From IMG/VR virus record IMGVR_UViG_3300029342_000002: a stretch of DNA of 64,000 nucleotides; one strand, written 5' to 3'. The stretch is from a virus. Made by a program: the position numbers and the translations under genes. Below the pieces are notes generated by a model, which worked only from the letters and a program-made list of their open reading frames with translations, was not told the DNA's origin and did not search any database. This document shows, one piece after another, positions 53,889-61,104 of the stretch (the stretch's first letter is position 1; the number at the start of each line of letters is the position of its first letter).

Positions 53889-54764
53889 TCATACTGCCTT
53901 ACGATTAAGAGACGTGACGCTCGGTGTCCAGCTTATACCGAGGCGATGTGTGAGTCCGCTCTGATAAGCCTGCAACGCAATCTGACCCTGTAGGGACTTT
54001 GGGTTTTGTTCGAAAGCCTCTATAGCATCGAGGATGCGGTTGCGCTGTGCTTCCTTGCGTGCCGCTTCGTTTTCTGCTGCTTGCTTCTTGCGAGCTTCCG
54101 CCTGCTGCTGAATCTGCTCGTCAGTGAGTTCGGGAGCTGGTGCGGGGGACTCTTCCTTCTGAACGGCAGCTGCGTAAGCCTTGAAGCTGCCGTCGAGGAC
54201 ACGTGAGAAATTCTCGGGGCGGAGAATCCAATCGAAATCGGCTACCCAGTGACGCTTGCCAGCTCCGTTGAGGTAAGGTGAGGCGAACGCCTGCTCGAAG
54301 GCGTCACGGATTTTGCGGGTGTCGCCGTCGTACTCGAGAAGACGAGCCTCGATGAGAGCTATGCGCGTGCGATTGAGACGATGGATCTGCGGCATGCGGG
54401 AGCCTGTCTCGCGGATGCGACGATTCCAATAAGCGATGAGACCTTCGGCATTAAATGTGGGGTGCTGCTCTTTCTTCGCGGTCTTTCCTTTTCCCTTGGG
54501 GGTCTTTCCTTTCTTCGCCCAACGCTTCTGCGCATTCTCGCGATTCTTGCGGCATCGCGCCTCGCGGGCGGCACGCTGCGCGTCGATGTCCTCCTTGATA
54601 AAGGCGAAGGCTACGTGGACCACCTGAGGGGCGTTGTCGCTGACAAGGGTGCTATCCTTGGCATAGAGAAAGACGGCACGCATAAGGATGCCGAGCTGAA
54701 GGTCGGAGAGCTGGCTGACCGCCTCGTAATGGGCGATGTTGAGAGAAAATCTATTGTCTGACAT
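53889..54764 (-). CDS. replication protein (N-terminal DnaD/DUF6291-like region plus a conserved phage C-terminal domain)
   Basis: Start taken at M36 (MSDNRFSL). C-terminal ...IAYWNRRI..RLNRTRIALIEARL.EYD...AFEQAFASPYLNG....W.ADFDWILRPENF resembles the Phg_2220_C type. Confidence 0.6.
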   Translation of the reverse strand: MSDNRFSLNIAHYEAVSQLSDLQLGILMRAVFLYAKDSTLVSDNAPQVVHVAFAFIKEDIDAQRAAREARCRKNRENAQKRWAKKGKTPKGKGKTAKKEQHPTFNAEGLIAYWNRRIRETGSRMPQIHRLNRTRIALIEARLLEYDGDTRKIRDAFEQAFASPYLNGAGKRHWVADFDWILRPENFSRVLDGSFKAYAAAVQKEESPAPAPELTDEQIQQQAEARKKQAAENEAARKEAQRNRILDAIEAFEQNPKSLQGQIALQAYQSGLTHRLGISWTPSVTSLNRKAV

Positions 54765-54905
54765 AGGGGGAAGGATTTTGAAAGTTATACGGAACGGGTA
54801 AGAAAGAGATTTCGGGGTAAGAGAAAACCAAGGGGCGGCTAAGACCCCTTGGAAGCGTGAACTATACAAACATCAAAGCTTCTGAGGAAGCTGTTATTGA
54901 TCAAA

Positions 54906-55319
54906 TCAAAAGGGCAGTCCGTCGGAGCCTCCTGCCGGTGCAACGGGTGCTGCTGAGGGGGGCGGGGGTGTGGGGATGCCGAGAGCCGACCCTGGTGCGC
55001 CTACGGGTGGGAGAACGGACGGCTGCGGCGTAACGACGGGCTGCGGTGCGCCGTGGAGCACGCTCCAGCAGCGGACGGCGTTGAACCAGCGTCCCTGGTA
55101 TTCGTGTGCGTCGATGTCGAAGGAGACAGTAAGCGACTCTCCGACCTGTATGTTGAACTTTGCGATATTGTCCTGTCCGAAGACATCAAAGACCATCCGC
55201 TTGGGGTACTGGTCTTGCGTTTCGAGGACGTAAGTGGCGCTCTGCCACGGCTTGCCGCTCTTTGCAGAGACGCCAGACCGGATGGGCAGTGCGCAGATGA
55301 TTTTTCCGAAGATTTCCAT
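54906..55319 (-). CDS. DUF3127-like OB-fold protein, probable SSB
   Basis: N-terminal 90 aa (GKIICALP..SGVSAKSGKPW...YVLETQDQYPKRMVFDVFG...VSFDIDAHEYQGRWFN) resemble DUF3127. A Pro/Ala-rich linker ends in DGLPF, like the SSB acidic tip. Confidence 0.65.
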   Translation of the reverse strand: MEIFGKIICALPIRSGVSAKSGKPWQSATYVLETQDQYPKRMVFDVFGQDNIAKFNIQVGESLTVSFDIDAHEYQGRWFNAVRCWSVLHGAPQPVVTPQPSVLPPVGAPGSALGIPTPPPPSAAPVAPAGGSDGLPF

Positions 55320-55334
55320 TATTAAGACTTGTGG

Positions 55335-56015
55335 TTAGACATTGAAAGTTTTGGCTATGTAATCGTTGGCGAGACGGACGCGCTCTTCGAGGAGGCGGAT
55401 GTCGTCGTCGTTACGTTCTATATGGACGATATGGATGGGGGAGGAGAGCCATGCGCAGTAAGATACGAAATCGGCTGACGTGCAGCCTGTGCAGGACATC
55501 TCTGCCATCACTTGCCAGTAATACTCGGGCTTGACAGCCTTCAACGAGGCTGCATCGTGTATCTCTGCGACATATCGTGTATGGACGGCGAGAGAGGGGC
55601 ACTTGATTTCGAGGCACTTCTGCTCCTCTCCGCGGACTATTCCGTCGGGAGAGGCAGCAAAGTGCGGGATGATATCGTGTGCGCATGAGGAGACCTCGAA
55701 GACCTCCACATCGTCGTTAAGAGAGGAGTAGAGCTGGCGGGCGGACTCCTCTTGCTGGACGCCCCATTCCATAGCCCGCGTGGAGACGGCGACCTGGTCA
55801 AGATAAGACTGGAAAATGTCGTCGTCAGAAAGGAACTGGGGATTGAACAGCCTTTCGGCAGCTATCTGATAGATGTACGTCTTGGCTGTTTCGGACCAAG
55901 GCTCGTCTTTCTTGCGAGGATTGGTCATAAGCTTGTGGACCTCGGAACCTGTAACAGAACCGAAGCGTGCGCGGAACCATGAGATTTCGCGCTGATTGGA
56001 CTCGGTGTTAATCAT
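55335..56015 (-). CDS. YqaJ-like (lambda Exo-type) recombination exonuclease
   Basis: WFRARFGSVTGSEVHKL plus PD-(D/E)xK-like ASPDGIV....LEIKCP. Confidence 0.8.
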   Translation of the reverse strand: MINTESNQREISWFRARFGSVTGSEVHKLMTNPRKKDEPWSETAKTYIYQIAAERLFNPQFLSDDDIFQSYLDQVAVSTRAMEWGVQQEESARQLYSSLNDDVEVFEVSSCAHDIIPHFAASPDGIVRGEEQKCLEIKCPSLAVHTRYVAEIHDAASLKAVKPEYYWQVMAEMSCTGCTSADFVSYCAWLSSPIHIVHIERNDDDIRLLEERVRLANDYIAKTFNV

Positions 56016-56878
56016 TTCTTGTCCTCCTTCTTGTCCTCCTTCTTGGCGGCGGCATTCTTGGCTGCTTCAGCTGCTGCGGCAGCGATGGTGTTCTTGGTTT
56101 CCTCTTTGCGGTAAGGTTTCATAAGCTCATCGACGGTTGTGTCGCCGTCGGTGAGTGACTGCGTGATGCCGAGGAGGAGGGCTATTTCGTTGGCCTTGAT
56201 CTGATTGACGGTCTTCTTTCCGCAGAGCATTACCACCTCCTGCTCTGTGATGCCGAACTCGTCCTTGAAGTAATCAATGCACTTCTTTCTGCGGGCGATA
56301 ATCTTATCCTCGTCAGAGAGGTCGCCGGTGATGCAGCGCTGCGCCGCCTGATAGACCTTGTCGGTTATGGCTCGTGGGATGACTGAGAAAACGGCGTTGC
56401 GGTAGGCTATGGAGTTGGCAGCATTGCCTGTAACAGTAATCATGTCGTCAGAGAAGCGCTGTCCTGTACGTCCGACGATAGAGCGGCGTACTTCGAATGC
56501 CGTAGCGACGTTGTTTTCGAGGTCCCAACATGTGCCACGCGAGATGACCTGCTTGTCGGTAATCTGAACGACCTTGGCTTCGGCTCGAATGTTTCCATAA
56601 TTGGAAACTATGAGTTTGGCGAGGTGAACGGACGGTCCGGTGATGGGTTTGCCGCCACGAGGAAGGGCGTAACCGCAAGACTGAGCTGTAGGAATGTCCA
56701 TTGTGGCCATTGCTACGGAATTGTTGATGGCTCGGCGAAGGTCGCGCGGGTATTGCTTGGCTGTGGCAATCTGGGAATCTACGTTTGCGCGTTCGATGGT
56801 GTCGAGCTGAATGATGTTCTGGTCATGCTGGACCTGTGTCACTTCGTAAGCGTCAAGTGACTGTAAGCTGTTTTCCAT
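56012..56878 (-). CDS. single-strand annealing recombinase (RecT/Redbeta or Rad52-like; family unresolved)
   Basis: 288-aa ORF translationally coupled upstream of the YqaJ exonuclease. Assigned by synteny. Confidence 0.55.
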   Translation of the reverse strand: MENSLQSLDAYEVTQVQHDQNIIQLDTIERANVDSQIATAKQYPRDLRRAINNSVAMATMDIPTAQSCGYALPRGGKPITGPSVHLAKLIVSNYGNIRAEAKVVQITDKQVISRGTCWDLENNVATAFEVRRSIVGRTGQRFSDDMITVTGNAANSIAYRNAVFSVIPRAITDKVYQAAQRCITGDLSDEDKIIARRKKCIDYFKDEFGITEQEVVMLCGKKTVNQIKANEIALLLGITQSLTDGDTTVDELMKPYRKEETKNTIAAAAAEAAKNAAAKKEDKKEDKK

Positions 56879-56881
56879 ATA

Positions 56882-57061
56882 TTAAAGTGTTTTGTATTTA
56901 CAGAATTTGAAGCCGTTGGCGTTTTCGTGCCTTTCGCAGAAACCTTCCGCGTAGTCGGCTGCTACGGCTCGACGCTGCTTTTCTCTTGCCACTTCGTACG
57001 GCAAGTCCATGATGTCATGGAATCTGATTTGCAGCATTTCGACTGATATCTTCTTTCTCAT
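56882..57061 (-). CDS. small hypothetical protein (59 aa)
   Basis: Hand-translated as MRKKISVEMLQIRFHDIMDLPYEVAREKQRRAVAADYAEGFCERHENANGFKFCKYKTL. Confidence 0.35.
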   Translation of the reverse strand: MRKKISVEMLQIRFHDIMDLPYEVAREKQRRAVAADYAEGFCERHENANGFKFCKYKTL

Positions 57062-57072
57062 TCTGAGGGGTG

Positions 57073-57543
57073 TTATTCGTTATGGTCTTCTACGTCGAGT
57101 ACGACGTCGATGACTTGTGTTTCGGAAATGGACACGATGCGATAGTCGATCATGGAGGAAGAGAGCACCTTGTCAATGTTCTGACGTGCCGTGTTGATGT
57201 CGTTGCACTGGACGAGATAATATATCGTCTGACGTCTTTCTCTTGCCGTCTTCTCGTCGTAGGTGATGAATATGACCTTCGCCTTGCAGAAGATTTCGCC
57301 CTTGTCGCAGTCTTCATCGACGAGGAAGACCTCTCGGTACGGGGCGATGGCAATCTTGGTGACCTCGGGTTCTTGTTCTGAGGGGAAGAGGCATACTTGG
57401 TCGGCGATGCGTTCCTCGGCTTCGGCAAAGGACTTTGCATCGAAGACGTATGTGTGGGACTTTCTGACAATAAGACCTTCCTCATTCTGAGGGAAGGTGA
57501 GGGCTGTGGCTTCGAACCACTTGGGTGATGTTTTTGTTCGCAT
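57073..57543 (-). CDS. DUF4494-like protein
   Basis: The pattern KWFEA......EEGLIVRKSHTYVFDAKSFAEAEERI recalls Bacteroidetes DUF4494. From memory. Confidence 0.5.
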   Translation of the reverse strand: MRTKTSPKWFEATALTFPQNEEGLIVRKSHTYVFDAKSFAEAEERIADQVCLFPSEQEPEVTKIAIAPYREVFLVDEDCDKGEIFCKAKVIFITYDEKTARERRQTIYYLVQCNDINTARQNIDKVLSSSMIDYRIVSISETQVIDVVLDVEDHNE

Positions 57544-57582
57544 AGATAGAATGTTTTTGTACTGAAATTATAACTGTTTCTG

Positions 57583-57720
57583 TTACTGATAACGCCACTC
57601 CCAGAACGGGCATTTGACGGGGGTGACCTTCCGTTGGGTCTCCGTGCGGGGACAATCGGGGAAGTCGCGCCATAGGCAGTCGTCGCAATCGGCGTATAAC
57701 GTGCGTCTGAATTTGTGCAT
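57583..57720 (-). CDS. small Cys-rich protein (45 aa)
   Basis: Hand-translated as MHKFRRTLYADCDDCLWRDFPDCPRTETQRKVTPVKCPFWEWRYQ. Confidence 0.3.
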   Translation of the reverse strand: MHKFRRTLYADCDDCLWRDFPDCPRTETQRKVTPVKCPFWEWRYQ

Positions 57721-57739
57721 GATGAAATAAATAATTAAT

Positions 57740-57809
57740 GCGGAACGGGAAGGAATCGAACCTTCGCTAAAACGGCATCCACGCCGTCGTCCCTCCAGGA
57801 ATCACTTCC
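57740..57809 (-). pseudogene. degenerate tRNA-like element 1
   Basis: On the - strand there is a canonical T arm GAAGG-TTCGATT-CCTTC and a stem ACGGC/GCCGT with a 6-nt loop. The acceptor pairing is only 4-5 bp (GGAAGTG versus CCGTTCC). Coordinates +-2. Confidence 0.4.
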
Positions 57810-57857
57810 ATTTTGCAATAAAAACTAATAATAACAACGTCCGGGATTTGCACCAGG

Positions 57858-57882
57858 ATGAGACTCCTTGGGTCTCATTTTT
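57858..57882 (+). terminator. hairpin plus T-run (terminator-like on the + strand)
   Basis: ATGAGAC-TCCTTGG-GTCTCAT followed by TTTT. No + strand gene lies upstream, so its function is unclear. Confidence 0.35.
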
Positions 57883-57919
57883 AATGATTAATAAAAAAAA
57901 TTGTATAGATGAAAGTTAC

Positions 57920-58546
57920 TTAAATAGCCGAGATAAACTTGATGCCGTACCGCCTGGAGAAATACTCTTCGTTGGGTGTGCGGCGTGTCTGTTCGTCGTA
58001 ATGGAGTGTAAGACGGTCGGTTTCGCTTCGGAAATAGTTGTGTAGAGTGACGAGGCGCCGTATGCTGTTGCTTGTCTTTTTCGGCAATATTGATATCCGG
58101 AGCTTGGTCTGCTGACGCATGCCTGACATTATGCGGAACCTCTCCATGCGCATTGTCTTTCTGCGCTTGGCGGAGCGCTTGCTGATGATTTCGGGTGTAT
58201 TGAGGTGTTCCGTCTTAATATTCTTGTATCTCTCCTTTCTCCTTTCTATTGTCTCGGGGGTGTGCTTGAGTTTCAGTTGTCTGGCCCATTGCCGTATGGT
58301 GGACTGTGGAACGCCGAACTTCTCCTCGAGTTCACGCGGGAGCATGTCGGGATAGTTCTGGATGATGACAGGCTTCAGACGGCTGCTTCGGCACAGAGGC
58401 GCTTCCGCCGTGACTATCCCGCTGAGAATGCGCGATACCGAACCCGACGAGATGTGGACTTTTTCGGCGATTTGCCGGTGTAAGAGTGTCCCTCTCAGAC
58501 TGAGCACTTCGTCAATCTGCTGTTGCGTGATACGATGTCTTGTCAT
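57920..58546 (-). CDS. double-HTH DNA-binding regulator
   Basis: Start taken at M23 (ATGA coupling). Two HTH-like segments: HRQIAEKVHISSGSVSRIL and LEEKFGVPQSTIRQWARQL. Confidence 0.6.
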   Translation of the reverse strand: MTRHRITQQQIDEVLSLRGTLLHRQIAEKVHISSGSVSRILSGIVTAEAPLCRSSRLKPVIIQNYPDMLPRELEEKFGVPQSTIRQWARQLKLKHTPETIERRKERYKNIKTEHLNTPEIISKRSAKRRKTMRMERFRIMSGMRQQTKLRISILPKKTSNSIRRLVTLHNYFRSETDRLTLHYDEQTRRTPNEEYFSRRYGIKFISAI

Positions 58547-58797
58547 AAAGCACGTATGTAGTTGGGGTTCTTGACGAGTCGGGCGTAAGCTTCGATTCCG
58601 AAGCGCTGCCACATTCCGTTGGAGAACTGTACGATGTAATCGCCTGCATTGGCCCGAAGGGAGCCGTTGGTGAGGTCCTTGGAGAGGACCACGACGAGTC
58701 CGTCGCCGTGGTCAGCCACAGCTACGACACAGGGCAGGGCGAGAAGCCTGTCCGTGTTGGCTTTGGTGACGTGTATGGAATCAATGACTTTTACCAT
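58543..58797 (-). CDS. hypothetical protein (84 aa)
   Basis: Start taken at M42 (MVKVIDSIH) of ORF 58543..58920. Confidence 0.5.
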   Translation of the reverse strand: MVKVIDSIHVTKANTDRLLALPCVVAVADHGDGLVVVLSKDLTNGSLRANAGDYIVQFSNGMWQRFGIEAYARLVKNPNYIRAL

Positions 58798-58995
58798 TGT
58801 GTATATCGTTTTAGTGGGTTCGTAAATAAAAATCGGGTGCGACTCGCGCCGGACCCGACTAAGAAAGCTCTTTTGAATGAAAACAAAAATGCGTGTGGTG
58901 CGCCCTCGCTTGGGCAGCAAGTTGAATTAAAAATTTTTATGGAAAAAATCTTCTAACAATTAATATCAATTTTATATTTATAACATTATGACGAG

Positions 58996-59059
58996 AAGGA
59001 GAGGCGGGACTCAAACCCGCATTCTTTGGTTATTGTACTGTCAGTTGTACGACTCTCCC
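58996..59059 (-). ncRNA. tRNA-like element 2 (acceptor stem + T arm + one 4-bp hairpin; no anticodon arm)
   Basis: On the - strand: GGGAGAG-TC-GTAC-AACTGACA-GTAC-AATAACCAAAGAAT-GCGGG-TTTGAGT-CCCGC-CTCTCCT. About 63 nt, with a 7-bp acceptor stem (one G:U pair). Confidence 0.45.
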
Positions 59060-59379
59060 TATCCAACATATTATTTAAAAAAACGACAAAGAATTGCTGT
59101 TTTATACCGATTATGTATGGATTTGTGTGTGTGTGCTGTTTTATAGATCTCAGCAATCTTGCCAGTGTCACGGGACGTCTGGCAGCCCGCTGCATTTCGT
59201 TTCTCTCCGCCTGCGCCAACATGGAGTGTGGCGTGGTTCGTTTGACGGTACTCGGAAGATGCGTTAGTGGGTCTTTCGTGGCGTGCGTTCCTTCATGGGT
59301 CGCGGCGTCCAAAACGCTGCCATTACTACTTTTACACGCTCACTGTATGTAACCAATAAGTCAAAGAACAACAAGAAAA

Positions 59380-59476
59380 TGGTCGGCAGACGAGGAATCG
59401 AACCTCGCGGACTGGCTGTCAAGGGAATGAGATGGAAAGTGAATGTATTCAGCCTAATCCGCCGCCTGCTCTGCCG
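59380..59476 (-). ncRNA. tRNA-like element 3 (perfect acceptor stem, canonical T arm, encoded CCA; 31-nt loop replaces the anticodon arm)
   Basis: On the - strand: CGGCAGA...GGCTG-[AATACATTCACTTTCCATCTCATTCCCTTGA]-CAGCC-AGTCCG-CGAGG-TTCGATT-CCTCG-TCTGCCG-A-CCA. 97 nt. Confidence 0.5.
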
Positions 59477-59650
59477 TAAACTGGCGATTCTCACGAAGGG
59501 CCAGATCAATTCATGTCTTAAAATTTTTCACCTTGTTTCGCTAAACAAAGATTTGAAGAACGATAAATATCAACTTCTCAATTTTCAAAAAACTACTACC
59601 TAACCTAACAATCTCAAAATGAGAAAAATATATGAGTATGATCTGTGTTT

Positions 59651-59848
59651 CTAATACACTCGGTTTGCTGCGATGAGTCGGTCGATGTCGCGTTTGCGAT
59701 AGAACACGGTCTTTCCGACTTTGGAGTAGGGAAGCTGTCCGTTGGCTCTGAGACTCTTGAAGAACTCCACCCCGACACCGAGGTATGCCTGCGCCTCCTT
59801 GTTGGATAGCCATATCTTTTCGATGGCTGTGACTGTCGCCTGTTTCAT
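59651..59848 (-). CDS. excisionase-type / HTH_17 DNA-binding protein
   Basis: 65 aa. WLSNKEAQAYLGVGVEFFKSLRANGQLPYSKVGKTVFYRKRDIDRLI is typical of Xis/AlpA-like HTH proteins. Confidence 0.65.
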   Translation of the reverse strand: MKQATVTAIEKIWLSNKEAQAYLGVGVEFFKSLRANGQLPYSKVGKTVFYRKRDIDRLIAANRVY

Positions 59849-59898
59849 AATCTTTCTTGCTTTAAGTTTGGTTTATGTTGTGGCGGCAGTACCGCCGA

Positions 59899-60072
59899 TT
59901 ACCATCGCTTGACGTACCCGAGTTCGTGTGCTCGTTTGCGTATGAGGTTCTGGATGTCCGTGTCGGCGTCCCAAAGTAGGGCGCGTCGGACTGTCGCTAC
60001 TCCGACTCCGCAGTCTTGCGCCAGCTTGACTTGGCATCCTCGTCGAAGTTTTATGGGTTTTCGCTTTGCCAT
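59899..60072 (-). CDS. Cro-like small HTH protein (57 aa)
   Basis: Hand-translated as MAKRKPIKLRRGCQVKLAQDCGVGVATVRRALLWDADTDIQNLIRKRAHELGYVKRW. Divergent from the repressor gene. Confidence 0.45.
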   Translation of the reverse strand: MAKRKPIKLRRGCQVKLAQDCGVGVATVRRALLWDADTDIQNLIRKRAHELGYVKRW

Positions 60073-60177
60073 TTGGATTTATTTCGTTATATTTGCATAT
60101 TAAACATATAATGAGCGTTTAGCGAGCTGTTGGGTTTGTTTCGCTTGCGCTCTGTCAACGATTGCAAAGGTACAAAA

Positions 60178-60265
60178 AGTCAATAAAATATCAATACTAA
60201 ATCAAGTTTAAAGTTGATTTATTTACATTTTTTGCATTTATAGTTGACTTAATATTGATTTATAA
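60178..60265. promoter_or_regulatory. switch region with phased TCAA/TTGA half-sites (candidate operators)
   Basis: TCAATAAAATATCAATA, AAATCAA-N8-TTGATTT (60199-60220) and TTGACTTAATATTGATTT lie between the divergent Cro-like and CI-like genes. Confidence 0.45.
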
Positions 60266-60287
60266 ACACTCGTTAACATATACAACT

Positions 60288-60806
60288 ATGGATGGAAAGA
60301 TTACTTCAGTTGACTACGCTGTATCGGAAAGAATGAGGCTATTTATGTCGCACTCTGGTTACACCCAAGCTGCTATTGCCGAAGCGTGCAATGTTGACGT
60401 ATCAACATTGAGCCGATGTATGAACAACAAAAAGCCGTGGTCAAGCAAAATGCTACAAAAGATTGGTTCGGCTTTCAATGTTGCCTTCCTTTGGCTGCGT
60501 GATGGTGTAGGCAAAATGATAGCCGAGGAGAAAGCCATCGGCAAGGCGCAGTTTGCTGCCTTCAGCCAGATGCTCGACGCGAATACAAGCCCTGTGTCGC
60601 AGAATATCATCAGCGGCGATAACTATCAAGGCACGCAGACGATAAACGACACAGAGGGCGAAATAGTGGCATTGAGGCAGAAAGTGGAACTGTTGAAGCG
60701 TCTGCTTGACGAGAAGGACAAATTGCTTGAGGAGAAAGACAAGCTGATAAAAGAAAAAGACAAGCAGATAGACCTTATGTATATTCTTATCAACGACAAG
60801 AAGTAA
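60288..60806 (+). CDS. CI-like repressor (XRE-type HTH plus C-terminal coiled coil)
   Basis: Start taken at MDGKITS. HTH segment GYTQAAIAEACNVDVSTLSRCMN. C-terminal heptad-rich LLDEKDKLLEEKDKLIKEKDKQI. Confidence 0.7.
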   Translation: MDGKITSVDYAVSERMRLFMSHSGYTQAAIAEACNVDVSTLSRCMNNKKPWSSKMLQKIGSAFNVAFLWLRDGVGKMIAEEKAIGKAQFAAFSQMLDANTSPVSQNIISGDNYQGTQTINDTEGEIVALRQKVELLKRLLDEKDKLLEEKDKLIKEKDKQIDLMYILINDKK

Positions 60807-60886
60807 AATAGTGGTAAAGGTAGTGGACTTTGTAAAATAAAGAACCGCAAACAAATAGTAATCAAGAAGTTACAGAAATAACAAAT

Positions 60887-60947
60887 CGCCTGGAAAGCGT
60901 GTAGGCGTCAAAAGCGTCTCGCAGGTTCGAATCCTGTTCTCTCCGCC
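60887..60947 (+). other. 5'-truncated tRNA-Ser(GGA)-like fragment (anticodon loop to 3' end): candidate att core
   Basis: CGC-CTGGAAA-GCGTG, a long variable arm, T arm GCAGG-TTCGAAT-CCTGT, then TCTCTCC-G-CC. No matching 5' acceptor or D arm lies upstream. Confidence 0.7.
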
Positions 60948-60971
60948 TGATAATCAGTGAGTTACGCAATT

Positions 60972-61007
60972 AAGACGATTCCTGTGGGATCGTCTTATTT
61001 TCGTTTT
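60972..61007 (+). terminator. rho-independent terminator after the tRNA fragment
   Basis: Stem AAGACGAT...ATCGTCTT followed by ATTTTCGTTTT. Confidence 0.65.
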
Positions 61008-61085
61008 AGGCGGTTTGAAATGGTGTTTTTAGGCGGTTTTGAGGGGTTTTGGTGGACTTATTGGTGGACTTTTTTAGTGGACTTT
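61004..61085 (+). repeat. direct repeats upstream of int (candidate arm-type sites)
   Basis: TTTTAGGCGGTTT occurs twice (61004 and 61026). T(T/A)GTGGACTT occurs three times (61049, 61061, 61075). Confidence 0.7.
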
Positions 61086-61104
61086 TAATCAAAAACCGAT
61101 TGTT

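Noticed and set aside
57740-59476. Calling the three T-arm-containing elements canonical tRNA genes.
   Set aside because: Manual folding gives no standard D arm and no 5-bp stem with a 7-nt anticodon loop in any of them. They are reported as tRNA-like elements only, pending tRNAscan-SE and ARAGORN.
58986-59603. ORFs 58986..59312(-), 59026..59352(+), 59264..59509(-) and 59283..59603(+) in the non-coding stretch.
   Set aside because: They overlap one another and the tRNA-like elements, use non-ATG or arbitrary starts, and have odd compositions. The region is better explained as RNA or regulatory DNA.
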